A stretch of 64,000 nucleotides of DNA from Gemmatimonadota bacterium (GCA_039589315.1 JBDHHQ010000005.1:69547-133546), one strand, 5' to 3'; numbered from the stretch's first letter, positions 27,903-39,738 are shown. Numbers and translations: made by a program. The notes: a model not told the origin generated them from the letters alone.

Positions 27903-30797
27903 ATGTCCATTTCCATTGCTCCCCAAGCGGACTTCGAGGGCCGACACCTGGGTCCCGGTCCCGCTCAGGTCGGCCGAATGCTGGACACGTTGGGCGTCGA
28001 TTCCATGGCCGAGCTGGTGGACTCGACGGTGCCGGCGGACATTCGCATGGCCGGAGACCTGTCGATCGGCGACGCTGTTCCGGAGCACGATCTCCTCGCC
28101 TCCCTCCGGGAGATCGCTTCGGAGAATCAGGTCCTCAGGTCCTATATCGGCTTGGGGTATTCCGGCACCATCACTCCGGGGGTCATCCTCCGGAACATCC
28201 TGGAGAGCCCCGGTTGGTACACCGCCTATACCCCCTATCAGGCCGAGATCTCCCAGGGCCGTCTCGAGGCGCTCCTGAACTTCCAGACCATGGTCATAGA
28301 CCTGACGGGGCTGGAGATCGCCAACGCATCCCTGCTCGACGAGGGTACGGCGGCGGCTGAGGCCATGACCATGTTCCACGCGGAGAAGCGCGGCAAGCGC
28401 CAGCGGTTCTTCGTGTCCGAGTCGTGCCATCCTCAGACCATCGAGGTGGTGAAGACACGGGCGCGCCCCCAGGGCATCGAGGTCGTGGTCGAGGATCACC
28501 GGGGGTTTCAGCCCGACGGCGATCTCTTCGGGGCGCTCCTCCAGTATCCGGCGACCGACGGAGCCGTGGAGGAGTACGGCGGGTTCATCGAGAAGGTGCA
28601 CCAGGCCGGCGGATTCGTGGCGGTCGCCACGGACCTGCTCGCCCTCACCCTCCTGAAGCCCCCTGGTGAGCTGGGTGCAGACGTCGCGGTGGGAAGCAGC
28701 CAGAGGTTCGGCGTCCCCATGGGGTTCGGGGGCCCCCACGCCGCCTTCATGGCCGCGCACGAGGCGTTCAAGCGGAAGCTACCGGGCCGGATCATCGGCG
28801 TCAGCGTCGACGCGGAGGGCAACCAGGCCCTTCGCATGGCGCTGCAGACCCGCGAGCAGCACATCAGGCGGGAGAAGGCCACCTCGAACATCTGCACCGC
28901 CCAGGTGCTGCTGGCCGTCATGGCCGGCATGTATGCCGTGTACCACGGACCCCAGGGGCTACGGCGGATCGCTTCCCGGGTTCACGGGATGGCCACCGTT
29001 CTGGCCGACGGACTCCGCGGGCGAGGTCACGAGGTGCTCCACGACACGTTCTTCGACACGATCCGTGTGCGGCCCGCGGGCACCACTGCCAGCGAGGTGA
29101 TGTCCCAGGCCCTGGCATTGGGCATCAACCTCCGTGACTTCGGTGACGGGACCGTGGGTGTGGCCCTCGACGAGACCGTCCGTCCCAGCGACGTGGATGA
29201 CCTGTTCGCCGCGTTCGGAGAGAGCCACGGGGCGGAGCCAACGGCGGCGAGCCTCGCCGATGCCGCCGAGGAACCGTCCTATCCGGAGGCGCACGCTCGC
29301 ACCAGCCCCTACCTCGAGCACATGGTGTTCAACCTGTACCACTCCGAGACGGAGATGCTCAGGTACCTGCACCGGTTGGAGGCGAAGGACCTGTCGTTGA
29401 ACACGAGCATGATCAGCCTGGGCTCGTGCACCATGAAGCTGAACGCGACGACGCAGATGGAGGCCGTGACCTGGCCCGAGTTCGGCGGGCTTCATCCCTT
29501 TGCGCCTCTGGATCAGGCCGGCGGGTACGCCCGCATCATCGCCGACCTGGAACGGTGGTTGGCGGACATCAGCGGGCTCGGGGCCGTATCGCTCCAGCCC
29601 AACTCGGGCGCCCAAGGCGAGTACACGGGTCTCCTCACCATCCGGGCGTACCACGAGGACCGCGGCGAGGAGCACCGATGTGTCTGCTTGATACCGGGTT
29701 CGGCTCACGGTACGAATCCGGCCAGCGCGGTGATGGCCGGCATGAAGGTCGTGGTGGTACGGACCGACGAGGCGGGGAACGTGGACCTGGACGACCTCCG
29801 GGCCAAGGCGACGCAGCACACCGACCAGCTCGCCGCGCTGATGATCACCTACCCGTCCACTCACGGCGTCTTCGAGCCCACCGTCCGGGAGGTGTGCGAC
29901 ATCGTTCACGAGAACGGTGGCATGGTCTATCTGGACGGGGCCAACCTCAACGCGCAGGTGGGCCTGGCTCGACCCGGCGACTACGGCGCCGACGTCATCC
30001 ACATCAACCTGCACAAGACGTTCGCCATTCCTCACGGGGGGGGCGGCCCGGGCATGGGCCCCATCTGCGTCAACGAGAAGCTGGCCCCCTTCCTCCCGGG
30101 CCACCCGCAGGTGGAGGTGGGAGGGGAGCGAGCCATCGGTCCCGTATCGGCGGCGCCGTGGGGCAGCGCCAGCATCCTGGTCATCTCCTGGGCGTACATC
30201 GCTCTGCTGGGCAGCGCGGGACTGCGTCGCTCGTCGGAGATCGCCATCCTGAACGCCAACTACATGGCCAGGCGGCTCGCCGATCACTACGAGATCCTCT
30301 ATACGGGTCCGGGAGGCCGGGTGGCCCACGAGTTCATCGTGGACCTGCGGCCGCTCAAGCAGTCGTCGGGGATCAGCGCCGAGGACGTGGCCAAGCGGCT
30401 GCAGGACTACGGCTTCCATAGCCCGACCATGTCGTTTCCCGTAGCCGGCACCCTCATGGTAGAGCCGACCGAGAGCGAGTCGAAGGCCGAGCTGGACCGC
30501 TTCTGCGACGCCATGATCTCGATACGGGCCGAGATCGAACAGGTGGAGATGGGACTCGCCGATCCGGAGGACAATCCGCTCAGGAACGCGCCCCACACCT
30601 CCCTGATGGTCACGGCGGACGAGTGGAATCACCCGTATTCGCGCCAACAGGCCGCGTTCCCCGCGCTGTGGACACGCGAGCACAAGTACTGGCCGCCGGT
30701 ACGGCGGGTGGACAACGCATACGGCGACCGCAACCTGGTGTGTGCGTGTCCCCCCATCGAGGCGTACGAGGAGGCGGCCACCGGCGGAGCTGTCTGA
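27903..30797 (+). CDS. gcvP: Glycine dehydrogenase (decarboxylating), single-chain P protein
   Basis: Motifs [35 protein letters not shown] and the PLP lysine HINLHKTF. Confidence 0.97.
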   Translation: MSISIAPQADFEGRHLGPGPAQVGRMLDTLGVDSMAELVDSTVPADIRMAGDLSIGDAVPEHDLLASLREIASENQVLRSYIGLGYSGTITPGVILRNILESPGWYTAYTPYQAEISQGRLEALLNFQTMVIDLTGLEIANASLLDEGTAAAEAMTMFHAEKRGKRQRFFVSESCHPQTIEVVKTRARPQGIEVVVEDHRGFQPDGDLFGALLQYPATDGAVEEYGGFIEKVHQAGGFVAVATDLLALTLLKPPGELGADVAVGSSQRFGVPMGFGGPHAAFMAAHEAFKRKLPGRIIGVSVDAEGNQALRMALQTREQHIRREKATSNICTAQVLLAVMAGMYAVYHGPQGLRRIASRVHGMATVLADGLRGRGHEVLHDTFFDTIRVRPAGTTASEVMSQALALGINLRDFGDGTVGVALDETVRPSDVDDLFAAFGESHGAEPTAASLADAAEEPSYPEAHARTSPYLEHMVFNLYHSETEMLRYLHRLEAKDLSLNTSMISLGSCTMKLNATTQMEAVTWPEFGGLHPFAPLDQAGGYARIIADLERWLADISGLGAVSLQPNSGAQGEYTGLLTIRAYHEDRGEEHRCVCLIPGSAHGTNPASAVMAGMKVVVVRTDEAGNVDLDDLRAKATQHTDQLAALMITYPSTHGVFEPTVREVCDIVHENGGMVYLDGANLNAQVGLARPGDYGADVIHINLHKTFAIPHGGGGPGMGPICVNEKLAPFLPGHPQVEVGGERAIGPVSAAPWGSASILVISWAYIALLGSAGLRRSSEIAILNANYMARRLADHYEILYTGPGGRVAHEFIVDLRPLKQSSGISAEDVAKRLQDYGFHSPTMSFPVAGTLMVEPTESESKAELDRFCDAMISIRAEIEQVEMGLADPEDNPLRNAPHTSLMVTADEWNHPYSRQQAAFPALWTREHKYWPPVRRVDNAYGDRNLVCACPPIEAYEEAATGGAV

Positions 30798-30866
30798 CCT
30801 GCAGGGGGCCTCGGAGGACGGTCGGCGTCACCGCCGGCCGGATCCGGCCCAGACAAGGAGACCACC

Positions 30867-31553
30867 ATGCCCCGCATCGATTACCATGGGCACGCGACCG
30901 CCACCGTCATTGCCGACGACGGCACGCGGATCCTCATCGATCCCTTCCTGGACGACAACCCGGCTTCCGAGCTGAAGCGCGCAGACGTTCAGGAGCTGGA
31001 CTTCATCCTCTGCACGCACGGTCACTACGATCACTTCGCGGACACGATCCCCCTCGCTCGGCAGACGGGCGCCATGGTCGTGTCCACGTTCGAGATCGTG
31101 AGCTTCCTCGGGACCAAGGGCATCGAGAACGTCCATCCGCTCCACATCGGAGGCGGGCATCACTTCCCCTTCGGGTACGTGAAGATGACGCCGGCGCTCC
31201 ACGGCGGTCAGGTGGCGGGGGACGACACCGGTGCGTTCACGACCGTCCCCGGAGGGTTCTGGATCGACTTCGGCGGGAAGACCCTCTACCACGCGGGAGA
31301 CTCGGCCCTGCTCATGGAGATGCAGCTCCTCCGGGGCAAGGTGGACGTCGCCATGCTTCCCATCGGCGACAACTTCACCATGGGGCCCGAGGACGCTGCC
31401 CGGGCCGTGGAGTTCATCCAGCCCGGCGTGGTGATCCCGATCCACTACAACACCTGGGACCTCATCGCGCAGGACCCGGAGCACTTCCGGGCCCTGGTCG
31501 GGGACCGTGCTCGGGTCGAGATCGTGGAGCCGGGCGGGAGCTTCTCCTTCTGA
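30867..31553 (+). CDS. Metallo-beta-lactamase-fold metal-dependent hydrolase (UPF0173)
   Basis: Motifs IDPFL, THGHYDH, YHAGDS, LPIGDNFTMGP and PIHYNTW. Confidence 0.88.
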   Translation: MPRIDYHGHATATVIADDGTRILIDPFLDDNPASELKRADVQELDFILCTHGHYDHFADTIPLARQTGAMVVSTFEIVSFLGTKGIENVHPLHIGGGHHFPFGYVKMTPALHGGQVAGDDTGAFTTVPGGFWIDFGGKTLYHAGDSALLMEMQLLRGKVDVAMLPIGDNFTMGPEDAARAVEFIQPGVVIPIHYNTWDLIAQDPEHFRALVGDRARVEIVEPGGSFSF

Positions 31554-31599
31554 GCCCACGACCGGTGGGCCTGGCCGGCGCGGGGCGAGGGCCGGTCCG

Positions 31600-32385
31600 G
31601 TGAGCGGCCGAACGCCACCGCCGGCTCGTTGGCGCGTCATCTCCGACGGGGCGCTGCCCGGCGCGCGCAACATGGCCGTGGACCATGCCTTGGCCCGGGA
31701 GCTTCGGTCGGGCGAGGGCGTGCTCAGGCTTTACCGCTGGGATCGCCCCACCCTATCCTTCGGACGGAACGAGGCGGCAAGGGGTCTGTACGACGCGGCC
31801 TCGGCCCGGGAGGCCGGGGTGGCCTTCGTCCGTCGGCCGACGGGCGGCCGCGTCGTGCTCCACCACGAAGAGCTCACGTATGCGGTGGCCGTGGGGGTCG
31901 GGGCAGTCGGCGGATTGCGAGACACCTATAGGAAGGTGAACCAGGCGTTGGCGACGGCTCTACGGTCGTTGGGGGCGCCGGTGGCGCTGGCGCCTGCGCC
32001 GGGAGCTGCCGCCGGTCCGGGTGCGGGGCCCTGCTTCGATGCCCCCGCCGAGGGCGAGGTCGTGGCACGGGGCCAGAAGCTGGTAGGAAGCGCACAGGTC
32101 CGGATGGGTCGCACGATCCTCCAGCACGGCTCCATCATCCTGGCCGGTGACCAGGCCATGATCGGCACCTTCGGTCCGGTGGCCGCGTCCCGGCCGCCCG
32201 CCACGCTGGAGGCGCTCCTCGGATCGGTGCCCCCGCGGAGGCAGCTGGAAGCTTCCCTGGTGCCTGCGTTCGAGGAGGTACTGGGCGGCACCTGGGACGG
32301 CGGCGAGCTGACGATCGCGGAGCAGGCTCTGGCGGAGGGACTGGAGTCGCGCTACCGCTCGGCAGACTGGACCTGGCGGCGGTGA
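31600..32385 (+). CDS. Lipoate-protein ligase / octanoyltransferase (LipM-like)
   Basis: Motifs NMAVDHAL, LRLYRW, VRRPTGGRVVLH, KLVGSAQ and LQHGSI. Confidence 0.85.
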   Translation: MSGRTPPPARWRVISDGALPGARNMAVDHALARELRSGEGVLRLYRWDRPTLSFGRNEAARGLYDAASAREAGVAFVRRPTGGRVVLHHEELTYAVAVGVGAVGGLRDTYRKVNQALATALRSLGAPVALAPAPGAAAGPGAGPCFDAPAEGEVVARGQKLVGSAQVRMGRTILQHGSIILAGDQAMIGTFGPVAASRPPATLEALLGSVPPRRQLEASLVPAFEEVLGGTWDGGELTIAEQALAEGLESRYRSADWTWRR

Positions 32386-32486
32386 TCGCCATTTGGGTGT
32401 CGCCCCTCGCCTGTCGACCCCGTAGGGGAGGCGCGTGGCGCCCGAGTCGAGCGCCACGGAGAACCGCGAGAGGGGAGAGAGCCCAG

Positions 32487-34214
32487 ATGTCGCACCGAGC
32501 GAAGGCCACCGCATCCCTCGTGGCGTTGTGCCTCCCGGCCTGCGGCTCGGACCAGGCTGCCCCGACAGCCGCTGCGGACGCCTTCTGTGCCGAGGCGATG
32601 GCTGCGGTGGAGTCGTTTACCAGCCAGCTCCCGGAACCCACCGGCGAGCGCTACGGGGGTACCGCGGTGGCGGCAAGCTACGGTCCGCTGGCGGGCGGGA
32701 TGAACTCCCTCACCGCCCCCGACTACTCTGCGCGGCAGCACCACGCGTTCGTGAACCTCATGCCGCTCGTGCGATACGACCAGGAGCTGGAGTTCGCGCC
32801 CTATCTGGCTCAGTCCTGGGAGCTCTCGGAAGACGGAGGGCTCACCTTCCACCTCCGCGACGACGTCCTTTGGCACGACGGCAAGAAGACCACAGCCTAC
32901 GACGTGGAGTTCACCTACAGGAGGGCGGCGGACCCCGCGACGCAGTTCCCCAATCCCAACTACTGGGCCAAGTACGCTCCAGGCGCAGATGCAGTGACGG
33001 TCGTGGATTCCTTCACCGTGCGTTTTCAGCTCGAGCCCCATCTGGACTACCTGGACGCCTGGACATCAACGGCCATCATGCCGGCACACCTGCTCGCGAA
33101 CGTGCCTCCCGCCGAGTTGGCCCAGCATCCCTTCAACACCCGCTGTCCGGTCGGCAACGGGCCGTTCGTATTCGTGGAGCATCGGCAGGACGACCGGTGG
33201 ATATTCCGGCGCAACCCGGCCTTTCCACCGGGGCTGGGCGGGCCACCCTACCTGGACCGCTACGTCTACCGCATCGTCCTCGACCAGTCGACGCTGCTCG
33301 CCGAGCTGCTGACCGAGAACGTCGACTTCTACTCGGCACCGGACCCGGACCAGTCCGGCAGCATCGTCGAGGCGGAGCACCTGGACCTGCGCAGCTTCCC
33401 CTTCCGGCAGTACACGAGCGTCGTGTGGAATGGACGGAAGCCGCAGCTCGCGGATCGTCGGGTGCGCACGGCCCTGACGATGGGCGTCGACCGGGGCGAG
33501 ATCATCGACGTGCTGCTCCAGGGGTACGGAGAGACCGCGAACTCGTCGGTGCCCTCGTTCCACTGGGCGTTCGACCCCACATCGGCGACGGAGATGCCAT
33601 ACGACCCCGACGGCGCGCGGCGCCTTCTGGAGGAGGCGGGGTGGAGCGACCGGGACGGGGACGGCGTCCGGGAGAACGAGGCCGGGGACCGGCTCGCCGT
33701 CACGGTGGCTTCGAACCAGGGCAACGCCGTCCGCGCCGATCTGGCCCAGCTGGTGCAGGCCAGTCTCAGCCAGATCGGCGTCGAGGTCCAGACCCGCATC
33801 CTGGAATACCAGACCATGCTGTCCACCGTCCTCGATCCCGAGGCCCGTGACTTCGAGGGGGTGGTTTGGGGTTGGGTGAACGACTTCCGGATCGACGACA
33901 CGGACCTCTTCCATTCGCGGGCGGTCGACGGCCCCTATGCCCTGTCAGGCACGGTCAACCCCGAGCTGGACGGGCTGCTCGACACCCTGCAGCTGATCGT
34001 GGACAGAGACGAAGCGCGCCCCTACTGGCATCGATATCAGCGGGCGCTGATGGAGGAACAGCCGTACAGCTTCCTCTACTTCAACCACCGACTCGTGGGG
34101 CTCAACCGCCGACTCCAGGACGTCGAGGTGGACGTCCGTGGTGAGTGGGTGAACGTGGGGAGCTGGTGGATTCCCGGCGATCTTCGGAAATACGGCAGCG
34201 GTGGGGACCGATAG
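32487..34214 (+). CDS. Peptide/nickel ABC transporter substrate-binding lipoprotein (family 5)
   Basis: Lipobox LPAC; motifs LAQSWE, FHLRDDVLWHDG, GNGPF and LLEEAGW. Confidence 0.88.
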   Translation: MSHRAKATASLVALCLPACGSDQAAPTAAADAFCAEAMAAVESFTSQLPEPTGERYGGTAVAASYGPLAGGMNSLTAPDYSARQHHAFVNLMPLVRYDQELEFAPYLAQSWELSEDGGLTFHLRDDVLWHDGKKTTAYDVEFTYRRAADPATQFPNPNYWAKYAPGADAVTVVDSFTVRFQLEPHLDYLDAWTSTAIMPAHLLANVPPAELAQHPFNTRCPVGNGPFVFVEHRQDDRWIFRRNPAFPPGLGGPPYLDRYVYRIVLDQSTLLAELLTENVDFYSAPDPDQSGSIVEAEHLDLRSFPFRQYTSVVWNGRKPQLADRRVRTALTMGVDRGEIIDVLLQGYGETANSSVPSFHWAFDPTSATEMPYDPDGARRLLEEAGWSDRDGDGVRENEAGDRLAVTVASNQGNAVRADLAQLVQASLSQIGVEVQTRILEYQTMLSTVLDPEARDFEGVVWGWVNDFRIDDTDLFHSRAVDGPYALSGTVNPELDGLLDTLQLIVDRDEARPYWHRYQRALMEEQPYSFLYFNHRLVGLNRRLQDVEVDVRGEWVNVGSWWIPGDLRKYGSGGDR

Positions 34215-34286
34215 CTCGGCCGGTACCTCTCCGGACTCGGGCCGCACGAGTCGCACCGACCCCCGCCCCGTCTCGGGGCCGCTGAC

Positions 34287-35273
34287 ATGACCCGCTACCT
34301 GGCCCGACGGCTCCTCGGGGCGATTCCACTGGTTCTCGGCGTCGCCACCATCCTCTTCTTCATCGTCAACCTCGCGCCCGGCGACCCCGCCCTCGTGTAC
34401 GCCCGGCCCGGGATGGACGCCGCGACCATGGAGCAGATCCGGGCCAACTTCGGCCTGGACCGTCCGATTCACGTCCGGTACGGGCGATGGCTCGCTTCGC
34501 TGGCCCGCGGTGATCTCGGGTACTCGTTCGCCCGGAACCGCCCCGTCACCGAGCTCATCGCCGAGATCCTCCCGAACACGCTGATCCTGGCGGGGGTGGC
34601 GTTCGGTATCGCCTTCCTCGTCGGTATCGTCCTGGGGGTCATCCAGGCGGTTCGTCAGTACTCTGCCCTCGACTCGATCCTCAGCGTGCTCGCCCTCTTC
34701 TTCTACTCCATGCCGTCTTTCTGGCTGGCGCTGATGATGATCCTCGTCTTCAGCCTCTTTGCCCGAAACGTCTGGGAGTGGCCGATCTGGTTCCCGGCAT
34801 CCGGTATGACGTCCATCGACTACGAGTTCCTGGGCGGTTGGGAGAGGCTGGCAGACCGGGCGAGGCATCTGTTCCTGCCGGCCATGTCTTTGGCCCTGGT
34901 CCTCTCCGCCGGGATCGCCCGCTACATGCGCGCCAGCATGCTCGAGGTCATCCGTCAGGACTACATCCGAACGGCCCGGGCGAAGGGCCTGCCTGCCCGC
35001 TCCGTGGTCTTCAAGCACGCCTTGCGGAACGCCCTGATCCCCGTGGCCACGCTTTTGGGGCTGTACCTGCCTTTCCTCTTCAGCGGGACCGTCTTCATCG
35101 AGACGGTCTTCTCCTGGCCGGGCATGGGCAAGCTGGTCGTGGACGCCATCAACCAACGGGACTATCCCGTGGTCTTGGGGGGCAGCCTGATCTTCGCCAC
35201 GATGGTGGTCGTGGGGAACCTGCTGGCGGACATCCTCTACGCGGTCATCGACCCGCGGGTGCGGTATGACTGA
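34287..35273 (+). CDS. Peptide ABC transporter permease (OppB/DppB-like)
   Basis: Motifs APGDP, EAA loop YIRTARAKGL, HALRNALIP and ETVFSWPGMG. Confidence 0.92.
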   Translation: MTRYLARRLLGAIPLVLGVATILFFIVNLAPGDPALVYARPGMDAATMEQIRANFGLDRPIHVRYGRWLASLARGDLGYSFARNRPVTELIAEILPNTLILAGVAFGIAFLVGIVLGVIQAVRQYSALDSILSVLALFFYSMPSFWLALMMILVFSLFARNVWEWPIWFPASGMTSIDYEFLGGWERLADRARHLFLPAMSLALVLSAGIARYMRASMLEVIRQDYIRTARAKGLPARSVVFKHALRNALIPVATLLGLYLPFLFSGTVFIETVFSWPGMGKLVVDAINQRDYPVVLGGSLIFATMVVVGNLLADILYAVIDPRVRYD

Positions 35274-36384
35274 GACGCGTCGCGGCCGGCTGCTGGCGGG
35301 GGTGCTGCCCGGAGTGCCCCAGCTCCTCGAGGGCCGGTGGGGAGCCGGGCTCTTCGCGCTCGTAGCGTGGGCCCTGGGACTGTGGACGCTTCTGGTGCGC
35401 TGGGAGCGGGTGTCGGGGCTTCCCTACGAGTCGCCGGGGGAGTGGGTGGCGCTGGCGGCCCTGGTGGCGGCCATCCTGGGACCGTGGCTCTGGTCCGTCC
35501 GGGGAGGGAGGCTGCGCGCCGCCGAGCGCGGGGACGGCCAGTGGGCCCTGACGCTTCGCGCGTTCGGGCGAAACCGACTGGCTTTGGCTGGGATGGTCGC
35601 CATCGGCCTGTTCTACATGGTGGCGGTGCTCACTCCGTTCCTGGCTCCGTACGACCCTGTGCACCAGGGCGATCTGGCCTCGCAGCGCTTCCTCGGCCCC
35701 AGCGCGGCCCATCCCCTCGGCACCGATCAGTTCGCCCGTGACGTGCTGTCCAGGCTTCTCTATGGTGCACGGGTGTCCTTGAGCATCGGGTTCATCGCCG
35801 TGGGGATCAGCGTGACGCTCGGGACCCTGATCGGCGCCGTCGCCGGCTACCTGGGCGGCCGGACCGACAGCGTCATCATGCGCTTCGTCGACATGGTGAT
35901 CGCCTTCCCACGGCTCGTGCTGCTGATCACCGTCATCGCTCTCTTCGAGCCCAGCATCTTCCTGATCGTGGCCGTGCTGGGCCTGACCCAGTGGCCCTAC
36001 GTGAGTCGTATCGTGCGCGGCGAGGTCCTGAGCCTGAGGGAGCGAGAGTTCGTGCAGGCGGCCCGCGCGCTGGGCTACTCGCGGCGGAGGGTCATTCTGC
36101 GTCACATCGTGCCCAACGCCATGGCGCCGGTGATCGTGGCCGCTACGCTGGGCATCGGGAACACCATTGTGCTGGAGGCGGGCCTCTCCTTCCTCGGCTT
36201 GGGAATTCAGCCGCCCGATCCGTCGTGGGGCAGCATGGTGGAGAACGGGCGGGACGTGCTCCTCCGGGCCTGGTGGATCTCCACGTTCCCGGGCCTGGCC
36301 ATCGTGCTCACTGTGCTCTCCTTCAATCTGGTAGGGGATGGCCTACGAGACGCCCTGGACCCCCGCCAGGCGGGTCGACGGTGA
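35266..36384 (+). CDS. Peptide ABC transporter permease (OppC/DppC-like) with N-terminal membrane extension
   Basis: Motifs [29 protein letters not shown] and [10 protein letters not shown]. Confidence 0.92.
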   Translation: MTETRRGRLLAGVLPGVPQLLEGRWGAGLFALVAWALGLWTLLVRWERVSGLPYESPGEWVALAALVAAILGPWLWSVRGGRLRAAERGDGQWALTLRAFGRNRLALAGMVAIGLFYMVAVLTPFLAPYDPVHQGDLASQRFLGPSAAHPLGTDQFARDVLSRLLYGARVSLSIGFIAVGISVTLGTLIGAVAGYLGGRTDSVIMRFVDMVIAFPRLVLLITVIALFEPSIFLIVAVLGLTQWPYVSRIVRGEVLSLREREFVQAARALGYSRRRVILRHIVPNAMAPVIVAATLGIGNTIVLEAGLSFLGLGIQPPDPSWGSMVENGRDVLLRAWWISTFPGLAIVLTVLSFNLVGDGLRDALDPRQAGRR

Positions 36385-36394
36385 GGCGGTCCCG

Positions 36395-37444
36395 GTGACG
36401 GCTCCGCTGCTCCAGGTGACCGACCTGCGGGCGTGGTTTCGCACCGAGTCGGGAGAGGCCCGGGCCGTGGACAGCGTTTCGTTCGAGGTCGGGGCCGGCG
36501 AGACGCTGGGAATCGTGGGCGAGTCCGGCTGCGGGAAGTCCGTCACGGCGCTCTCGATCATGGGCCTCGTGGATCGGCCGGCCGGGAGGATCGTGGAAGG
36601 AAGCTCCATCCGTCTCGACGGTGAGGAGCTCGTGGGGGCGACGGAGTCCCGGTACCGTCAGGTCCGGGGCAACGACATTTCCATGATCTTTCAGGAGCCC
36701 ATGAGCTCGCTGAATCCGGTCTTCTCGGTGGGTGAGCAGATCGCCGAGGCGCTCCGTCTACACCGGGGCCTCGACCGGCGCGCGGCTCGGAGGGCGACTG
36801 TGGGGCTGCTGGAGGAGGTCGGGATTGCCGACGCGGAGCGACGCTATGGGGAGCACCCACACCAGCTCTCGGGTGGGATGCGACAGCGGGTCATGATCGC
36901 CATGGCATTGTCGTGTCAGCCGCGTCTCCTCATCGCCGACGAGCCCACCACCGCGTTGGACGTCACCATCCAGGCTCAGATCCTGGCTCTGTTGGCCGAC
37001 GTGCAGGCACGCCGCGACATGGCAGTGATACTGGTGACGCACGACCTCGGCGTCGTGGCCCAGTCGTGCGACCGGGTCCACGTCATGTACGCCGGCCAGA
37101 TCGTGGAGACCGGGAGCGTGCGCGACATCTTCCGCTCCCCCGGGCATCCCTATACCCAGGGGCTACTCCGCTCGGTGCCGGATCCGGCCCTCCGGGGACA
37201 GAGCCTGCTGCCCATCCCCGGAGTGGTACCGCCGGCGACCCGGTGGCCCGCGGGGTGCCGCTTTCACCGACGGTGCCCGTACGCGTGGGGGCGATGCGGC
37301 TCCGAGGCCCCCCGTCTGCTCGAGACCCCGGAGGGCACGTCGCGCTGCTGGCTCGTTGCCGAGCCGGAGAGGGCGGCGAAGGGAGGGGACCTCATGAGCG
37401 GACCCCCCGCCGGTCCGCCTCCCACCGCCACGGGGGAGGCATGA
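36395..37444 (+). CDS. Peptide ABC transporter ATP-binding protein (OppD/DppD-like)
   Basis: Motifs [16 protein letters not shown] and [10 protein letters not shown]-terminal GCRFHRRC. Confidence 0.92.
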   Translation: MTAPLLQVTDLRAWFRTESGEARAVDSVSFEVGAGETLGIVGESGCGKSVTALSIMGLVDRPAGRIVEGSSIRLDGEELVGATESRYRQVRGNDISMIFQEPMSSLNPVFSVGEQIAEALRLHRGLDRRAARRATVGLLEEVGIADAERRYGEHPHQLSGGMRQRVMIAMALSCQPRLLIADEPTTALDVTIQAQILALLADVQARRDMAVILVTHDLGVVAQSCDRVHVMYAGQIVETGSVRDIFRSPGHPYTQGLLRSVPDPALRGQSLLPIPGVVPPATRWPAGCRFHRRCPYAWGRCGSEAPRLLETPEGTSRCWLVAEPERAAKGGDLMSGPPAGPPPTATGEA

Positions 37445-38451
37445 GCGAGCAGGCCTCGGTCGGGGACACCACGACGCCGGCACCGTTGCTCCTGGAGGTC
37501 GAGGATCTGGCCGTCCACTTCCCGCTGCGTGCCGGCCCGTGGCGCAGGGGCGCGGGGTCGGTGCGGGCAGTAGACGGGGTGAGCTTCGCGCTGCGGCGGG
37601 GAGAGACGCTGGGCTTGGTGGGGGAGTCGGGTTGCGGCAAGTCCACGACCGGCCGGGCGATCTTGCGGCTGGTGGAGCCTACGGCGGGATCCGTGCGCTT
37701 TGCGGGCCGGGACGTCCTGGCCATGGACCGCCGCGCCCTGCGAGCGTTCCGGCGGCAGGCCCAGATCATCTTCCAGGATCCCTTCTCGTCCCTCAATCCC
37801 CGGGCAAGCGTGGGCAGCATGCTCGAGGAGTCTCTCCGCGTCCATGGCCTCCATGGAGATGGCCCCTCCAGGAGGAGGCGCGTCCACGAGCTCCTGGACC
37901 TCGTGGGACTCAGACCGGACCACGCCAACCGCTACCCTCACGAGTTCTCCGGTGGCCAACGGCAGAGGATCGGCATCGCCCGGGCCCTGTCCGTGGAGCC
38001 GGAGCTCATAGTCTGCGACGAGCCGGTCTCCGCGTTGGACGTGTCGGTGCAGGCCCAGGTCATCAACCTCCTGGACGCTCTCAAGCGAGAGCTGGGCCTG
38101 ACCTACCTGTTCATCGCCCACGATCTGTCCGTAGTCGAGCACGTGAGCGACCGAGTGGCCGTCATGTACCTTGGACGGATCGTAGAGTCGGTGGGGGCCG
38201 AGCCCCTCTACCGAACGCCGCTCCACCCCTATTCGCGGGCCCTCCTGTCAGCGGTGCCGAGGCCCGACCCGACGGCCCGCCAGAGGCCAGTGCTTCTCCC
38301 GGGCGACGTCCCCAGCCCGGTCAGCCCTCCCTCCGGTTGTCCCTTTCACCCGCGGTGTCCATTTCCTGCCAAGGACGACTCGTGCCGGCAGGTCGTGCCG
38401 CGACTCGAGGAGAAGGCCCAGGGTCATCTCGTGGCCTGCCACAAGGCCTGA
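37441..38451 (+). CDS. Peptide ABC transporter ATP-binding protein (OppF/DppF-like)
   Basis: Motifs [25 protein letters not shown] and [12 protein letters not shown] overlap. Confidence 0.92.
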   Translation: MSEQASVGDTTTPAPLLLEVEDLAVHFPLRAGPWRRGAGSVRAVDGVSFALRRGETLGLVGESGCGKSTTGRAILRLVEPTAGSVRFAGRDVLAMDRRALRAFRRQAQIIFQDPFSSLNPRASVGSMLEESLRVHGLHGDGPSRRRRVHELLDLVGLRPDHANRYPHEFSGGQRQRIGIARALSVEPELIVCDEPVSALDVSVQAQVINLLDALKRELGLTYLFIAHDLSVVEHVSDRVAVMYLGRIVESVGAEPLYRTPLHPYSRALLSAVPRPDPTARQRPVLLPGDVPSPVSPPSGCPFHPRCPFPAKDDSCRQVVPRLEEKAQGHLVACHKA

Positions 38452-38564
38452 GCGGACCGGGACGTTCGCGTCACCGGTCGTGCGGGGCGATTCGGTGAAT
38501 CCAGGTGACCCGGACCACATGGCCGGGGCCTCGCGGCTCTTCGCTTTCGCCTTGATTTCGGGGG

Positions 38565-38593
38565 TTGACACGTCAGAAGGCGCCCGTCATTTT
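38565..38593 (+). promoter_or_regulatory. Putative promoter of the exbB-like gene
   Basis: Perfect TTGACA, N17 spacer, weak -10 CATTTT. Confidence 0.35.
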
Positions 38594-38678
38594 GCGGACC
38601 CTTGTCGCAAAGTCTGAGTTGCCCTACAGTTGGGGCTTCTCAATACAAACAGGTGATACGCATCCGCAGGAGGTCCTC

Positions 38679-39377
38679 TTGGACGGAGTGATGAGTCTCT
38701 ACAGCGCCCTGCTGCAGATCCCCGGCATGGAGCAGGCGGACCAGACGATCGGCGAGCAGGTAGTATTCGTCTGGGATGAGATGGGCTTCATGCGGTGGCC
38801 CCTCGGGCTCTGTCTCGCCCTGGGTATCCTCGTCATCATCTGGAAGTTCTTCAGCCTCATGGCCACGGGTGCCAAGACGCGGCGCATTCTGAAGGAGGTG
38901 GACGAGCTCCTGGCCCAGCAGCGCCTCAGCGAGGCCCTCGAGGTCACCCGCTCGTCCGACACTCCGGCGGCCAATATCCTCTACGCCGGCCTCGAGCGGT
39001 ACGAGGAGGGGACCGACCGGGTGCTCAAGGCCATCGAGAACCAGGGCCTCATCGAGCTGAGCAAGCTCGAAGGCGGCCTGGTGATCCTGGCCACGCTCAC
39101 GAACATCGCGCCGCTCTTGGGCTTCCTCGGGACCGTGATCGGCATGATCATCGCCTTCCAGTCCATCGAGATGGCAGGCGAGGTGGAAGCGACGCTCGTG
39201 GCGGGCGGCATCAAGGTGGCCCTGCTGACCACAGCGGCTGGTCTCACCATCGCGATTCCAGTCAGCATCGCCCACAACTACTTCGTGTCGCGCATCGACA
39301 GCCTGGTGATCGACATGGAGGAATCGGCACAGAAGATGGTCGACGCCCTCCACGCCATGGAGGTCGGGGCTGCCTGA
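38679..39377 (+). CDS. MotA/TolQ/ExbB proton channel family protein
   Basis: Motifs APLLGFLGTVIGMIIAF and GIKVALLTTAAGLTIAIP; AGGAGG RBS before TTG 38679 (alternative ATG at 38691). Confidence 0.9.
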   Translation: MDGVMSLYSALLQIPGMEQADQTIGEQVVFVWDEMGFMRWPLGLCLALGILVIIWKFFSLMATGAKTRRILKEVDELLAQQRLSEALEVTRSSDTPAANILYAGLERYEEGTDRVLKAIENQGLIELSKLEGGLVILATLTNIAPLLGFLGTVIGMIIAFQSIEMAGEVEATLVAGGIKVALLTTAAGLTIAIPVSIAHNYFVSRIDSLVIDMEESAQKMVDALHAMEVGAA

Positions 39378-39430
39378 CGGCCCACGGGTCGACCGATTCG
39401 ACGAAGCCGCAAGGCGTTACGACCGCAGGC

Positions 39431-39460
39431 TTGCATTCGTGTGGAGCCCCTCTCTAAGCT
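39431..39460 (+). promoter_or_regulatory. Putative sigma-70 promoter of the csp gene
   Basis: TTGCAT-N18-TAAGCT. Confidence 0.45.
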
Positions 39461-39514
39461 TGTGGTCCGGGCCGCGATTCGCCCGTGGTTTCACCTGCGC
39501 TGGAGGGTTGAGGA

Positions 39515-39718
39515 ATGCCCAGAGGGACCGTGAAGTGGTTCAACGACTCGAAAGGATACGGCTTCATCCAACGACCAACGGGTGACGACGTCTTCGTCCA
39601 CTTCTCCGCCATTACCGGCGAGGGGTTTCGAACCCTGGCGGAAGGCGACCAGGTGGAGTTCGAGCTTCGTGAAACCGAAAAGGGTCTCCAAGCCTCCGAG
39701 GTGACTCGGCAGCAGTAG
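39515..39718 (+). CDS. Cold-shock protein (CspA family)
   Basis: [15 protein letters not shown] (RNP1) and DVFVHFSAI (RNP2). Confidence 0.96.
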   Translation: MPRGTVKWFNDSKGYGFIQRPTGDDVFVHFSAITGEGFRTLAEGDQVEFELRETEKGLQASEVTRQQ

Positions 39719-39738
39719 GACCTCGTCGGGTCCAGCGG

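Noticed and set aside
27850..27970. Canonical glycine riboswitch before gcvP
   Set aside because: GGAGAG and a GAAG are present, but the conserved CUCUCAGG and P3 elements are not properly placed. Kept only as an unassigned structured spacer.
8681..32385. Macrodomain-GcvH-L-lipoate ligase-sirtuin (SirTM-type) operon
   Set aside because: The genes are about 18 kb apart, gcvH is canonical and linked to gcvP, and no sirtuin is present.
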